The notes beneath the pieces were generated by a model. That model did not search any database. It was not told where the DNA came from and saw only the letters and a list, made by a program, of their open reading frames with translations. The translations under genes and the position numbers were made by a program. A stretch of 64,000 nucleotides of DNA from Candidatus Pyrohabitans jungbluthii (GTDB lineage: Archaea > Hydrothermarchaeota > Hydrothermarchaeia > Hydrothermarchaeales > BMS3B). Location of the stretch: the NCBI GenBank assembly GCA_002010065.2, contig MTMD02000015.1, positions 64,001-128,000 on the forward strand, written 5' to 3'. Shown here one piece after another: positions 17,456 through 28,688 of the stretch; the stretch's first letter is position 1, and each line of letters starts with the position of its first letter.

Positions 17456-20089
17456 TTGGGTATTAAAGGAATTGCAGAGGAAAGTTATCGCACTCTAATA
17501 GATGCTCTTGTAGATGCGGTGATAATCACAGATGTTAATGGAAAAATTATACTCTTTAATAAGAAAGCTGAGGAAATTTTTGGTTATAAATACAGTGAGC
17601 TTAAAGGCAAAGAGATTACTGTTTTAGTACCTCCCAGATCCGCTGAGATGCATGGTAAGTGCGTCTCTGATATCTATGCTATGAGAAAGGACGGCTCAGA
17701 AATTCCTGTAGAGGTATCCTTCTCAAAGCTGGAAATTGAAGGCGAAACCTATATTGCTGCGATTGTTCGCGACATCACCCAGAGAAAGCAAATTGAAGAG
17801 GCGCTCAAGGAAAGCGAGGAGATGTTCAGAACTGTAGCGGAGCACTCACTGGTTGGAATATACCTGATCCAGGAGGGTGTTTTTAAGTACGTCAACCCAA
17901 GGTTTGCGGAGATTTTCGGTTATAAGGTGGAAGAGCTTGTAAATAAGAGGGGTCCAAAGGATCTCGTTTATCCGGAAGATTGGCCAATTGTGGAGGACAA
18001 CCTGAACAAGCGCATAAGAGGTGAAGTTACTGCTATCTGTTACGATTTCCGTGGGGTTAAAAAGAATGGAGAGGTGATTTATGTCGAGGTTTATGGCGCC
18101 AAGGTGATGTACCGTGGCAAGCCGGCGGTTATAGGCTCCCTTCTTGATATAACGGACAGAAAGCTTGCCGAGGAAAAGATAACCCATCTAAACAGTGTTC
18201 TCAGCGCTATAAGGGGTATCAATCAGGTTATTGTGCGTGAAAGAGATATGAAAAAACTTCTGCGCAAAGTTTGTGAATTTCTCTACAGGGTCAGAGGCTA
18301 CAGTGTGGTGGAAATATGGCTCATCGACGAGAGTAGCGGCGAATTGAAGCTTGTGGCTCACGTAGGGGAAAAGGAAAGCACAGCGTATGGCAGGGACTTT
18401 GCAGAAAGAGCAATAATAGCTCGCAAGCTCATTGTGGTTAGAGAAGGCAGAGCCACCACCACCGTCCCCATCATCCATGAGAATAAGGTCTACGGCGCGC
18501 TCTGTCTCTGCTCTGACATGAAAGATGCCTTTGACAAGGAGGAGACAGAACTACTGGAGGATGTGACAAATGACATAGCCTATGCTATCAGAGCTATTGA
18601 AGATGAGACCATGCGGAAGCGCGCTGAGGAGGAGCTGCGGCGGCAGAAAGTTTTCTATGAGACTCTTATCCACACCGCTACGGATTTGATACTGGTGATA
18701 GATAGGAAGGGGCGATTCGTCTATGCGAACCGCGCCGCTAAGGATATCCTTGGAGAAGACGTGGTGAGGAAGCATATAAGCGAGGTGGTCGCTCCCGAAT
18801 ATCTTGAATTGACGCTGAACAACTTCAAACGACGCCTCCGCGGAGAGATAGTGAAGCCTTATGTAATCCAAGCCATCGACAAAAATGGCAGGCGAAGGTG
18901 GATGGAGATAAATGGAACCAGATTAGAGATAGACGGGAAAGTGATAGGCACATGCGCGATAGCGAGGGACGTGACTGAAAGGGTAAAGCTGGAGGAGGAA
19001 GTGGCAGAGACCAAGGAGTTCTTGCACAGCATCCTTGAAAGCTCCGCTGATGCGATAATCGCCACCGACGTGGAAGGTAAAATAACCTACTTCTCACGGG
19101 GAGCCGAAGAGATGCTTGGATATAAGGCATCGCAGGTAATCGGAAAACCCATCCTTGAGCTTTGCCCCCCCGTAATCAGGGAAGAGGTGCAGAAGTTTTA
19201 CCAAACACTTTTTGAAAAAGAGGTTCTGAGGAACATAAGAACAAAGCTGTTGTGCATCGAGGGCAGGGTGGTGGACGTCAGCCTCTCCCTTGCGCTGCTC
19301 AGAGATAAAGAGGGCAGACCCATAGGCACGGTTGGTGTTGCTAAGGACATAACAAAGGAGGTGCGCGCTGAGGAGGCGCTGAGGCGTGCTTATGAGGAGC
19401 TAAAGCGCCTTGACCAGCTTAAGAGCGACATAATCGCCAACGTGAGTCATGAGATTCGCACCCCAATCACCATCGCAAAGGGTTACATAGAGCTTGCAAT
19501 GGATGAAATCGACGAGAATGAGCGCAGGGATGAGCTTCAGACGGCAGTTAAAGCCCTGATGAGGCTAAATGAAACTGTTGACGACCTCATCGCCATAGCA
19601 GACATTGAAAGAGGTGACTTCAGCCTAAAACGCCGGGAGGCAAAAATAGAGGATATAATATCCAGAGCACTGGAAACAAAAGAGGAGTTTGCAAGGAGTA
19701 GGGATGTGAGCATTGATGTGGATGTAAATTACAGGGATAAAGTGTGGGTTGACCCGCCGAAGCTTCAGCGCGCCCTTATGAACCTGATAGACAACGCAAT
19801 AAAGTTCAACCGTAGAGGGGGGAAGGTTAATATTCGCGTTGAGAAAAGGGATGGAGAGCTTCTTTTCAGCGTAAGCGACACCGGTATAGGGATACCTGAA
19901 GACAAGCTGGAGGAGATATTCAAACCTTTAACCCAGCTGGACCCCAGCTCCACCCGCTACTACGGCGGCACCGGTACTGGTTTAACAGTGGCAAAGAAGA
20001 TAATCGAAGCCCACGGCGGAAAAATATGGGTGGAGAGCAAACTCGGGGAAGGCTCCACCTTCTACTTCACCATTCCTCTTCGCAACTAA
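17456..20089 (+). CDS. Cytoplasmic multi-PAS/GAF sensor histidine kinase
   Basis: Four PAS repeats ending in (R)DIT/(R)DVT, a GAF domain, H-box SHEIRTP, N/G boxes [21 protein letters not shown]. Confidence 0.93.
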   Translation: MGIKGIAEESYRTLIDALVDAVIITDVNGKIILFNKKAEEIFGYKYSELKGKEITVLVPPRSAEMHGKCVSDIYAMRKDGSEIPVEVSFSKLEIEGETYIAAIVRDITQRKQIEEALKESEEMFRTVAEHSLVGIYLIQEGVFKYVNPRFAEIFGYKVEELVNKRGPKDLVYPEDWPIVEDNLNKRIRGEVTAICYDFRGVKKNGEVIYVEVYGAKVMYRGKPAVIGSLLDITDRKLAEEKITHLNSVLSAIRGINQVIVRERDMKKLLRKVCEFLYRVRGYSVVEIWLIDESSGELKLVAHVGEKESTAYGRDFAERAIIARKLIVVREGRATTTVPIIHENKVYGALCLCSDMKDAFDKEETELLEDVTNDIAYAIRAIEDETMRKRAEEELRRQKVFYETLIHTATDLILVIDRKGRFVYANRAAKDILGEDVVRKHISEVVAPEYLELTLNNFKRRLRGEIVKPYVIQAIDKNGRRRWMEINGTRLEIDGKVIGTCAIARDVTERVKLEEEVAETKEFLHSILESSADAIIATDVEGKITYFSRGAEEMLGYKASQVIGKPILELCPPVIREEVQKFYQTLFEKEVLRNIRTKLLCIEGRVVDVSLSLALLRDKEGRPIGTVGVAKDITKEVRAEEALRRAYEELKRLDQLKSDIIANVSHEIRTPITIAKGYIELAMDEIDENERRDELQTAVKALMRLNETVDDLIAIADIERGDFSLKRREAKIEDIISRALETKEEFARSRDVSIDVDVNYRDKVWVDPPKLQRALMNLIDNAIKFNRRGGKVNIRVEKRDGELLFSVSDTGIGIPEDKLEEIFKPLTQLDPSSTRYYGGTGTGLTVAKKIIEAHGGKIWVESKLGEGSTFYFTIPLRN

Positions 20090-21000
20090 ATAAAGTCCAG
20101 CCAGTGGTGGTATTTTTCGTCTTTTCCTCGGGTAACATCGAAGAACTTTGCCTGAAGCTTTCGCGTAATCTCGCCCGGCTTGCCTATCTCGTAGCCATCT
20201 ATCTCGCGAATAGGCGTTAGCTCAGCCGCGGTGCCCGTGAAGAAGACCTCGTCCGCCAGCAGCAGCTCCGCCCGGGTTATATCCTTTTCAACCACCTCGT
20301 AGCCCATATCCCTCGCAAGGGTGATAACGCTGTCCCGGGTTATTCCGGGAAGGATGCTGGCATGCTCCGGTGGAGTGTAGATAACGCCATCTTTCACTAT
20401 GAATATATTTTCGCCCGGCCCCTCGCTCACAAATCCGCGGTAGTCAAGCATAATCGCTTCGTCATAGCCAGCCTTTAGCGACTCCAGCTTCGCTAGTATA
20501 GAGTTGGCATATTGCCCTGTGCACTTCGCCACAGGCGGCAGAATATTCGGTGCTATGCGCTGGAAGGATGAAATCTTAACTCTTATACCATTCTTCAGTC
20601 CCTCTTCGCCCAGATAGGCTCCCCAGGGCCATGCAGCGATGGCAACCTCGACGGGAGCGTTAAGCGGATTCAGACCCATCTCTCCGTAGCCGCGAAACGC
20701 TATTGGGCGGATGTAGCATTCTTTGAGCCCATTGGCCTTAATAAGCTCCTTCGCCGCCTGCATGAGCTCCTCAACGGTGTAGGGTATCTCCATGAAGTAG
20801 AGCTTTGCAGAACGATGCAGGCGCTGCATGTGCTCGCGGTGCCTGAAAATAGCGGAACCCTTATCTGTGGAGTAGCACCTTATGCCCTCGAAAACGCCTG
20901 AGCCGTAGTGAAGCGCATGCGTAAGAACATGCACCTTCGCCTGCTTCCACTCGACGAGCTCACCATTCATCCATATGTAGCTGACCTCAGGGATGGGCAT
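20086..21000 (-). CDS. ilvE: Branched-chain amino acid aminotransferase
   Basis: [37 protein letters not shown]; start placed at MPIPEV (ATG 21000). Confidence 0.95.
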   Translation of the reverse strand: MPIPEVSYIWMNGELVEWKQAKVHVLTHALHYGSGVFEGIRCYSTDKGSAIFRHREHMQRLHRSAKLYFMEIPYTVEELMQAAKELIKANGLKECYIRPIAFRGYGEMGLNPLNAPVEVAIAAWPWGAYLGEEGLKNGIRVKISSFQRIAPNILPPVAKCTGQYANSILAKLESLKAGYDEAIMLDYRGFVSEGPGENIFIVKDGVIYTPPEHASILPGITRDSVITLARDMGYEVVEKDITRAELLLADEVFFTGTAAELTPIREIDGYEIGKPGEITRKLQAKFFDVTRGKDEKYHHWLDFI

Positions 21001-21142
21001 GGCAACCACCAGACACGGAATGTTTATACATACCCATATAAATCTCTTCCGCCGGGCGTAGGAATGGACACCTGCTTGAAGCCTGATGAACTGTGAAAAT
21101 GTTCGAGAAAAGACATAAAAGGTGAAGAGTTGAGAATCAAAC

Positions 21143-21970
21143 ATGATAAAAGCAGGGATTATCAGAGGCGAGGGGAAGGGAAAGGTTGTAATCAGAGTGA
21201 GGTCTACTCAGCCCTACACCGCCGAAATCACCTCTGAACAGCTTCGCGTGCTTGCAGAAGTTGCGAGAAAGTACGGCTCCCGCGTGGTGCACACCACTCC
21301 GAGACAGGCTATAGAGATACCCGACGTGGAGGAAAGCCTGGTTGAGGAGGCAATAAGAGAGCTGGAGAAGGCAGGCTTTAAAGCCGGAGCTTCAGGAGAG
21401 CTGACGAGGCATACATTCGCGTGCTCGAGGTGGTGCCTGTACAACTCAACTCCCGTAGCAGAGATGGTAGAAGAGATTAACGAAAAATATGGCGATGTGG
21501 AGATGCCAGCGAAGCTCACCATCTCATTCTCGGGCTGTGACTTCTCCTGCGCTCGCTCAAGAACCTCTGACATAGGGGTAATAGCAAAAACCAGAATAAA
21601 AGTAGAGCCCGATAGGTGTATTAAATGCGGATTATGCGTTAATGACCCCCTCGGCTGCCAGGTCGATGCTCTGACGGTCTCAAAGGAGAAGCCAGTGGAG
21701 TGGGACAGCGAGAAATGCGTTGGCTGCGGCTTCTGCTCCAACATCTGCCCTGTGGGTTCAATTACCGCACAGGAGAAAGGCTTTGACATCTATATCGCAG
21801 GGGGAGGCGGGATGTTCCCGAGAGAGGCCAGGCTGCTGAAGGAGTTCGTGAGTGAGGAGCGTGTGCTGGAGGAAGTAGACAGGATAGTGGAGAAGTACAG
21901 AGCCCTAGCAAAGCCTGGGGAGAGGTTGTTCTCTGTTGTTGAGCGCGTGGGTATAGAGGAGTTTGATTGA
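21143..21970 (+). CDS. Sulfite/nitrite reductase-like (Dsr-LP/AsrC-type) protein with inserted ferredoxin, copy A
   Basis: HTTPRQ, ACSRWC, SGCDFSC, two 4Fe-4S motifs (CIKCGLC…[13 protein letters not shown]). Confidence 0.8.
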   Translation: MIKAGIIRGEGKGKVVIRVRSTQPYTAEITSEQLRVLAEVARKYGSRVVHTTPRQAIEIPDVEESLVEEAIRELEKAGFKAGASGELTRHTFACSRWCLYNSTPVAEMVEEINEKYGDVEMPAKLTISFSGCDFSCARSRTSDIGVIAKTRIKVEPDRCIKCGLCVNDPLGCQVDALTVSKEKPVEWDSEKCVGCGFCSNICPVGSITAQEKGFDIYIAGGGGMFPREARLLKEFVSEERVLEEVDRIVEKYRALAKPGERLFSVVERVGIEEFD

Positions 21971-22862
21971 AATGGCTGAGGAAGGCTTCAAGCTGGAGCT
22001 GCCGAAGGTGGGAATAATAAAGGGGGTTAAGCCCAAGGATATTGAGGTTGTAGGAGAGAAAATTGTCAATATTAGGGCGAGGGCGAAGCCGTATTCTAAC
22101 ATCTACACAGCGGAGCAGCTGGAGAAGGTTGCGGAGGTGGCCGAGAAGTACGGCTCTGGCAAGGTTCATCTCAGCCCGAGGCACAACCTGGAGATACCTG
22201 AGGTCAGGAACAGCATGCTCATGCCCGCGCTTCAGGAGCTTTTCGCAGCAGGACTCCAGGCAGGTGGTTCAGGCACGTCGGTAAGAAACATATTCACCTG
22301 CGCCGACTACTGCCCCAACAAGGTGAGGGGTGTTAGAGAGCTCGGCGCCATTGTGAGCGAACTCTATGGCGACCTTCCCCTGCCAAACAAGTTTACCATC
22401 TCCTTTGCCGCCTGCCCGAGCGGGTGCTCGAGACCATGGAATGTGGACATTGGCATAATTGGCATTGCAGAGCTTGCTCTTGAAGAAGAGAAGTGCGTCG
22501 ATGGTTGCACCGCTTGCCTCGAAGCCTGCCCGGTGGAAGGCGCCATATCTATAGAAGGTGGGCTGAAGATAGACTCTGAGCGATGCGTGCGCTGTGCCAG
22601 GTGCGCCCGAGCATGCACTGAGGGTGCAATTAAGGTTAAAGACACAGGGTTTAAAGTTGTAGTAGGCGGTAAAGAGGGTAGGACGGTGTTGTTTGGAGAG
22701 GAGTATTTAAGCTTTGCAAAGGATTACGAGGTGATCGAGGCAATAGACAAAGTGATTAGACAGTACAAGAAGCTCGCCCAAAAGAGAGACAGAAAGAAGT
22801 ATGAGAGGCTTGGAGAGGTTATTCAGCGCATAGGTGGTCTGGAAGCTTTTATGAGCAGCTAA
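21963..22862 (+). CDS. Sulfite/nitrite reductase-like (Dsr-LP/AsrC-type) protein with inserted ferredoxin, copy B
   Basis: HLSPRH, RNIFTCADYC, LPNKF.ISFAACPSGC, ferredoxin motifs, GGKEG, ERLGEVIQRIG. Confidence 0.82.
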   Translation: MIEMAEEGFKLELPKVGIIKGVKPKDIEVVGEKIVNIRARAKPYSNIYTAEQLEKVAEVAEKYGSGKVHLSPRHNLEIPEVRNSMLMPALQELFAAGLQAGGSGTSVRNIFTCADYCPNKVRGVRELGAIVSELYGDLPLPNKFTISFAACPSGCSRPWNVDIGIIGIAELALEEEKCVDGCTACLEACPVEGAISIEGGLKIDSERCVRCARCARACTEGAIKVKDTGFKVVVGGKEGRTVLFGEEYLSFAKDYEVIEAIDKVIRQYKKLAQKRDRKKYERLGEVIQRIGGLEAFMSS

Positions 22863-22919
22863 AGCCTTTCAAGCTCTGCCCGGGGTTAACTTTTTAACTC
22901 CCATCTTCAACATTTCCCC

Positions 22920-23351
22920 ATGCGCTGCTCAGCGTGCAACTCACCTGTGGCGAGCTATGAGCTGTACCCGAGGAGTTACCGCCTATACGTCTACGCCTGC
23001 CACCGCTGTCGCAGGGCGAAGCTGGCGCACAACTTCGATGTTGAGCTGGACATAATCCCCCTGAAGGAGCTCGAGGTTAAGGAAAATGACGGGCTGTTCT
23101 TCATCCTTGGCTTGGAGGTGGAGCCCAGAGTCTTTAATTTTGAGGTAACCCAGGGGGAGGCGGTTATTGTAGCGGACGCTGAGATGGCGCTGGGCGAGCT
23201 TGTGAAAACAGACAAGGGGTATGCCTTTGCCAGCTACTCCAAGCGAGCAAAGCTAAGGCTGTGCAGGCTTCTCAAGCTCGGCGATTGCAACGACATGCCC
23301 GAGGGCAAGCTGGCTGAGATTCTCGCACAGAAGCTGGAGGGGGCGAGGTGA
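22920..23351 (+). CDS. Hypothetical protein with N-terminal Zn-ribbon
   Basis: CSAC…CHRC. Confidence 0.65.
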   Translation: MRCSACNSPVASYELYPRSYRLYVYACHRCRRAKLAHNFDVELDIIPLKELEVKENDGLFFILGLEVEPRVFNFEVTQGEAVIVADAEMALGELVKTDKGYAFASYSKRAKLRLCRLLKLGDCNDMPEGKLAEILAQKLEGAR

Positions 23352-23620
23352 TAGCTGAGATTGAGGCTTACGTTAGGAGGGAGATTGAGAAGCTCACCGA
23401 GGGGCAGAAAATAACACTCAAAGCTTTAATCTTCGCGGGCTACAAGGGCGAACGAGAAGAGCTTGTAAAGATGCTGATAGAAGCCTTCGGGGGCGATGGA
23501 ATAAAAGAGAGCCCGCTGGTGGAGAGCTTTACCTATACCTTCTCAGGCGAAGATGTGAGGTACTGGCGGATTTTACCCGAGTATTACCGTGCGGTGAGGA
23601 AAATTATTTTTGGGGATTAG
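23348..23620 (+). CDS. Hypothetical protein
   Basis: GTGA overlap with the upstream stop; typical codon usage. Confidence 0.6.
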   Translation: MIAEIEAYVRREIEKLTEGQKITLKALIFAGYKGEREELVKMLIEAFGGDGIKESPLVESFTYTFSGEDVRYWRILPEYYRAVRKIIFGD

Positions 23621-24197
23621 CCACGCAAGCTCTGCAAACAACCTCGCCGCGCCTCTCCTCTGCGTAGGCTTTAAGCACCAGCTCTCCGCAGTTAGAACAG
23701 TAAGCGTGAGCCAAGCTCGGGTAGGGTTCCTGCTTGAAGGGTGGCGCTTCCTTAATCTCGAAGAGCTCCTCGTCGCTCTTCTCCATGAGCTTCGCCACTA
23801 TCTCTTTGCCTCTGCGCATGTGCTCTTCCGCAGCCTGTTTGCGTTCAGCTACGGGCATGTTCTTTATCTCCTCACCCCTGCGGCCGTAATCCAGCGTGGC
23901 TTCAAGGATTTCCTTTCTAACCAGAATACGAAGAGACTTTCCGCTTGCCAGGTCGTAAAAAGAAGCCGCGAATTTGCCGAGAGGCTTGAGGATTAGCGTG
24001 CTCTTGCCGAAGGTGGCGCCTGTAACAAAGGCAATGCCATCCGCCAAGCAATTCTGGAACTCCACCACGGCGAGGAGCTTCATTCCGCCCTCTCTCGCCC
24101 TGCCCAGCTTTTTCAGCGCGAGCTTGCCCATACGGTAGCCCAGGGCAAGCATGGGGCACAGGTGGCCATGAAAGCGTGCCGCTTCCTCGAGACTCAT
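23604..24197 (-). CDS. FmdE-family protein with C-terminal Zn finger
   Basis: FHGHLCP, CLADG…GATFGK, CSNCGE…CRAC; start placed at ATG 24197. Confidence 0.88.
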   Translation of the reverse strand: MSLEEAARFHGHLCPMLALGYRMGKLALKKLGRAREGGMKLLAVVEFQNCLADGIAFVTGATFGKSTLILKPLGKFAASFYDLASGKSLRILVRKEILEATLDYGRRGEEIKNMPVAERKQAAEEHMRRGKEIVAKLMEKSDEELFEIKEAPPFKQEPYPSLAHAYCSNCGELVLKAYAEERRGEVVCRACVANPQK

Positions 24198-24234
24198 GAT
24201 TACCTTTTTACTTTCTCCCGTCGAAAAAAGTTTC

Positions 24235-24945
24235 ATGAAGCCTGAGCTTGAGGAGTACTACTCCAGGCGGGCGGCGACATACCACGATCTCGATGTTCCT
24301 GCGACGATAGTAGCGGCGGTGCGCAGACGTGGTGTAGCTGACCATGTGGCGATAATCAGCGCCAGCGAAAAGCAGCGCATCCTCGACGTTGGCACGGGCA
24401 CGGGCAGGTTTCTCGCTGTTTTTCCTCGCTGTGTGGGCGTAGATCTCACCGAGGAGATGCTTAAGCGAGCAAAGGTTTACCACAAACCCCTGGTTAGAGC
24501 GGATGCCGAGCACCTGCCCTTCCGTGACGAAAGCTTCGACGTGGTGCACAGTGCAGGCTTGCTGGGCGTTTACCGCTCGGCGAAGATTATTGCGGAGTGT
24601 GCGCGCGTGGCAAAGCGTGGCGGTAAGGTGTACATAAGCTTCCCCGCCAGGGAGAGCGTCAGCGGCTTTTTCTTCATGTTGTTCAAAAAGCTCTTCAATC
24701 GCAACGTTACGCTGCTGGACGAATGGTACTCCATCCAGGAGATTCACGAGCTTTACCCTGAGTCTCTTAAAATCGTGAAGGTGCACCGCCTGGGCTTCGA
24801 GTTGCCATTTCAGCGCTGGTACAAGAATCTAACCTCCAAGAGGCTTACGAAGCTATTCCTCTGGCTGGAGGAGAGGCTTCGCGAGAGGCGTGCCTTCAGA
24901 TACTTCAAGGCGAGATATTTGGTTGAGGCTGTGAAGGTGGGTTGA
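24235..24945 (+). CDS. Class I SAM-dependent methyltransferase
   Basis: [27 protein letters not shown]. Confidence 0.88.
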   Translation: MKPELEEYYSRRAATYHDLDVPATIVAAVRRRGVADHVAIISASEKQRILDVGTGTGRFLAVFPRCVGVDLTEEMLKRAKVYHKPLVRADAEHLPFRDESFDVVHSAGLLGVYRSAKIIAECARVAKRGGKVYISFPARESVSGFFFMLFKKLFNRNVTLLDEWYSIQEIHELYPESLKIVKVHRLGFELPFQRWYKNLTSKRLTKLFLWLEERLRERRAFRYFKARYLVEAVKVG

Positions 24946-24982
24946 CGTTAACTTTTTAACCTTCCCGCGGTGATTTAGGGGC

Positions 24983-27706
24983 ATGGTCGATGAAAAGCGC
25001 ATGAAGGCGGAGTTCCGCAAGAAAGCCCAAGCTGATCCAGAGAAGTACTACCCAGTGCAGACGCTCATCGAGGCTGGATTTGAGCGCAGGCAGTGCAAGC
25101 GTTGCGGCAACTACTTCTGGAGCGCGTCGCCAGAGCGCGAGGTGTGCGGCGAGCCCGAGTGCAGCGGGGGCTACACCTTCATAGGCAACTCTCCCGCCAA
25201 GGAAAAGATGGACTTTATTCAAACCTGGAAGAAGTTTTCCAGGCTGTTCAAAAAGCTTGGTTATACTCCAATAAAGCGCTATCCCATCGCCGCTCGCTGG
25301 AGAGATGACACAGACTTCGTCCAAGCGTCAATTTACGATTTCCAGCCTTATGTGGTTACGGGTGAAGTCGAGCCTCCAGCTAACCCGCTGGTGGTGCCTC
25401 AGTTCTGCGTTCGTTTCAACGACATAGACAATGTGGGCATTACCGGGAGGCACTACACTGGCTTTGTTATGATAGGCCAGCACGCCTTCGAACCGCCTGA
25501 AAGCTATGCGCCGGAGGATTATCTTCACCACATTTACCTTTGGCTCACCCAGGGGATGAAGATTCCCAAGGAGGAGATTCAGTTTCATGAGGATGCGTGG
25601 GCAGGTGGGGGCAACCTTGGCCCGAGCATGGAGTTCTTCTCCCGCGGTCTGGAGATAGGCAACCAGGTATACATGCAGTACGACATCACCTCGGGCGAGC
25701 TTCGCGAGCTCAGCATTAAAGTTCTCGACATGGGCATGGGGCAGGAGCGCCCCGCGTGGTTCACATACGCCACAAACACAAGCTACGAGGCGGTGTTCGC
25801 GGACGTGGTAAAGAAGCTGTACGCGCGCACAGGGATTAAGCCCGACCACGAGCTTATGCGCAGGTTTCTGCCCTACTCAGGCTTGCTGAACGTGGACGAG
25901 CGCTCCAGCATAGAGGAAACCTGGCGTGAGGTCGCTAGCAAGATAGGCGTTGACGTGGAGGAGCTTAAGGAGAAGGTTCTCCCCCTGGCGGCGCTTTATT
26001 CCATAGGCGACCACACTCGAAGCCTGCTCGTAGCCCTTGCTGACGGAGCGCTGCCCAGCAACGTGGGTGGGGGGTACAACCTGCGCGTGCTTGTGAGGCG
26101 CAGCTTAGACTTCATCGCAAAGCATGGGTGGGATGTGAGCTTAGCTGAGGTGTGCGAGTGGCACGCTCGCTACCTGAAGCCCCAGTACCCCGAGCTTCTG
26201 GAGCATCTCGACGAGGTGGCTAAGATTCTCGCCGTGGAGGAGCGCAAGTACGCTGAGACAAAGCGCAGGTCTCGCGAGATAGTGGCAAAGCTCAAAGGCA
26301 AGAGGATAACCGTTGAAAAGCTTCTGGAGCTTTACGACTCCCACGGGATAAGCCCTGAGATGCTTGCTGAGGCTGGACTGGAGGTGGAGGTTCCTGAGGA
26401 CTTCTACATCCGCTTGGCAGCGCGGCATGAGCGCAGTCGCGAAGCTGCCCAGATAAAGAAGTTTAAGGAGTTTGACATCTCAGGTTTGCCGGCCACTGAG
26501 ATTCTGTACTACGATGATTATCTCCTGCTGGAGTTCGAGGCGCGTGTGTTGCGCGTGTACGAGGGCAAGTATGTGGTGCTTGATCGCACCGCTTTTTACC
26601 CCACCAGCGGCGGGCAGATCGCAGACCGCGGCTATCTCGGCGATGCCCGCGTTGTAGATGTCTTCAAGCAGAGTAATGTGGTCTTCCACCGCATAGAGGG
26701 CGAGCCTCCTAAGGAGGGAAGCGTGGTTAAAGGTAAAATAGATGCGGAGCGCCGCGTGCAACTCGCCCAGCACCACACAGCGACGCACATAATCAACGGC
26801 GTGGCTCGAAGCCTGCTTGGCGAACACGTGTGGCAGGCTGGCGCCGAGAAGACGCCGGAGAAGGCGAGGCTGGACATAACCCACTACGAGAGCCTGAGCA
26901 GCGAGGAGCTCTCGCGAATAGAAGAGCTTGCCAATGAAGTTATTGCGAAGGCTATACCTGTGAAGAGCATGCTTCTGCCACGAAACGAGGCGGAGAAGCG
27001 CTACGGCTTTCGCCTCTACCAGGGCGGTGCCGTACCCGGGAAGACGATCAGGGTGGTGAAAATCGGCGACCTAGATACTGAAGCCTGCGGCGGCACCCAC
27101 CTGAAGAATACGCGGGAAGCCAGGCTTATAAAGATTATAGGCTCCACCAAGATTCAGGATGGCGTGGTGCGAATAGAGTTCGCCGCTGGAAAAGCTGCCT
27201 TCGAGTACATCCGCGAGAGGGAGCGTCTCCTCACCTTGGCTTCGGAGAAGCTGAGCGTCAACCCGGAACAGCTTCCCGAGACGGTTGAGAAGTTCTTCCG
27301 GGAGTGGAAGGCGCTGCGTAAGGAGGTTGAGAAGCTCCGCGAGGAGATAGCGGAGCTGAAGAAGGCGGAGCTGGAGAAGCAGGCTGTAAGCACCGCAGAG
27401 GGCGAGTACCTCGTCGCGCAGATAGATGCTGCAATGGAGGAGACGATAAAAGCTGCGCAGGCGCTGGTTGCGCCAAAAAGAGCAGTCATACTTTTCGGCG
27501 TCGCCGATAAGGTCTACGTCGCAGGGGTCAGAGGAAAAGAGCTCGATCTGGACATCTCTCGAATAGTGCGTGAGGTGTGCTCCCTCCTTGGCGGCGGGGG
27601 CGGAGGCAAAGCCGAGTTCGCCCAGGGCGCGGGGAAGAATAAGGATAAGTTAGCAGAAGCAAAGACTCTGGCTGAGGAAAAGCTGAGGGAAGCCCTAGCA
27701 CAGTAG
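24983..27706 (+). CDS. alaS: Alanine--tRNA ligase
   Basis: RWRDD…ASIYDFQP, LEIGNQV, HHTATH editing motif, ACGGTH, GGGGG C-Ala domain. Confidence 0.97.
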   Translation: MVDEKRMKAEFRKKAQADPEKYYPVQTLIEAGFERRQCKRCGNYFWSASPEREVCGEPECSGGYTFIGNSPAKEKMDFIQTWKKFSRLFKKLGYTPIKRYPIAARWRDDTDFVQASIYDFQPYVVTGEVEPPANPLVVPQFCVRFNDIDNVGITGRHYTGFVMIGQHAFEPPESYAPEDYLHHIYLWLTQGMKIPKEEIQFHEDAWAGGGNLGPSMEFFSRGLEIGNQVYMQYDITSGELRELSIKVLDMGMGQERPAWFTYATNTSYEAVFADVVKKLYARTGIKPDHELMRRFLPYSGLLNVDERSSIEETWREVASKIGVDVEELKEKVLPLAALYSIGDHTRSLLVALADGALPSNVGGGYNLRVLVRRSLDFIAKHGWDVSLAEVCEWHARYLKPQYPELLEHLDEVAKILAVEERKYAETKRRSREIVAKLKGKRITVEKLLELYDSHGISPEMLAEAGLEVEVPEDFYIRLAARHERSREAAQIKKFKEFDISGLPATEILYYDDYLLLEFEARVLRVYEGKYVVLDRTAFYPTSGGQIADRGYLGDARVVDVFKQSNVVFHRIEGEPPKEGSVVKGKIDAERRVQLAQHHTATHIINGVARSLLGEHVWQAGAEKTPEKARLDITHYESLSSEELSRIEELANEVIAKAIPVKSMLLPRNEAEKRYGFRLYQGGAVPGKTIRVVKIGDLDTEACGGTHLKNTREARLIKIIGSTKIQDGVVRIEFAAGKAAFEYIRERERLLTLASEKLSVNPEQLPETVEKFFREWKALRKEVEKLREEIAELKKAELEKQAVSTAEGEYLVAQIDAAMEETIKAAQALVAPKRAVILFGVADKVYVAGVRGKELDLDISRIVREVCSLLGGGGGGKAEFAQGAGKNKDKLAEAKTLAEEKLREALAQ

Positions 27707-27746
27707 GACGCTAGCCTTTTAGACGTTACCTCGCCTGTATTAGGTT

Positions 27747-28688
27747 ATGATAGGTATCACCGCCCTGGTGCCGGCGGAAGTGATATACTCCTGCGGCGAG
27801 GCTGCACTGGATTTAAACAACTTCGTGCCGAATTCCAAGCTTGAGCCAGAGGAAAAGCTGTGCGCCTGGACAGCGATATGGCGAGAGCTTGTGCTGAGAG
27901 GGAAGGTTAAAATCGACAAGCTGGTAGTCGTTGCCGGTGGGGACTGCTACAATGCCCTCGTGGAGGGGGAGAAGGTTGAGCTGGCGGGGAAGCCTACACA
28001 CTACTTCACCTATCCCTTCGACCGGGATAGCAAGGTGATGCAGGAAGAGCTGAACGCGCTTGCGGAGTTCCTTGGTGGGATAAAGGAGGAAGCTTTCGAC
28101 GAGGTGGCTGAGCTGAAGAAGCTCGCTCTAGAGATACATGAGATGCGCTGCAATGGTGAGGTGAGCGCTGAGAAGGGATTCTTAATCGAAGTCTCGGGAA
28201 GCGACCTCATGGGTAGCCTGGAAAAGTACCGCTCTGCCATAGAGGAGGTGAGGGAAGAGGAGGTGGACTATGAGTACCGCGTTGCACTGCTGGGCATTCC
28301 CCCGATTTACCCGGACTTCCATGCGTTTCTTCAAGAGGTAGGCATGCATGTGGTCTTCGACGAGATGCCCTTTGAGTTCATCCGCCACTCAGGAAAGAAC
28401 CTGAAGGAGGTGGCGAGGAGCTACGCTAACTACACTTTCGCGGGCCACATAAAGCATCGCCTGAGGTTTCTTGAGTCTCAGCTAAGGCGCCACCGCGTTG
28501 ATGCGGTAATCCACTTTCAGCAGTTCGCATGCCACCACAAGCTTGAGGACCGCCTGCTTCGCGATTATCTGTACGAGAAGCTGGGCTACCCGTACATGAC
28601 CATAGAGGCAGACCTGCCTTCACCTACCCCCCAGCAGGCGAGGCTCCGCCTTGAAGCTTTTGCTGAGCGCCTGAGGGAGGTGTGGTAA
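27747..28688 (+). CDS. 2-hydroxyacyl-CoA dehydratase (HgdAB/FldBC) family protein
   Basis: Three Cys positions (LCAW, GDCYN, FACHH), RLRLEAFAE tail; adjacent activase gene. Confidence 0.8.
   Translation: MIGITALVPAEVIYSCGEAALDLNNFVPNSKLEPEEKLCAWTAIWRELVLRGKVKIDKLVVVAGGDCYNALVEGEKVELAGKPTHYFTYPFDRDSKVMQEELNALAEFLGGIKEEAFDEVAELKKLALEIHEMRCNGEVSAEKGFLIEVSGSDLMGSLEKYRSAIEEVREEEVDYEYRVALLGIPPIYPDFHAFLQEVGMHVVFDEMPFEFIRHSGKNLKEVARSYANYTFAGHIKHRLRFLESQLRRHRVDAVIHFQQFACHHKLEDRLLRDYLYEKLGYPYMTIEADLPSPTPQQARLRLEAFAERLREVW

Noticed and set aside
21143-22862. Bona fide dsrAB
   Set aside because: The proteins are too short, lack DsrA/B N-terminal regions, and have no dsrC/D/MK neighbours.
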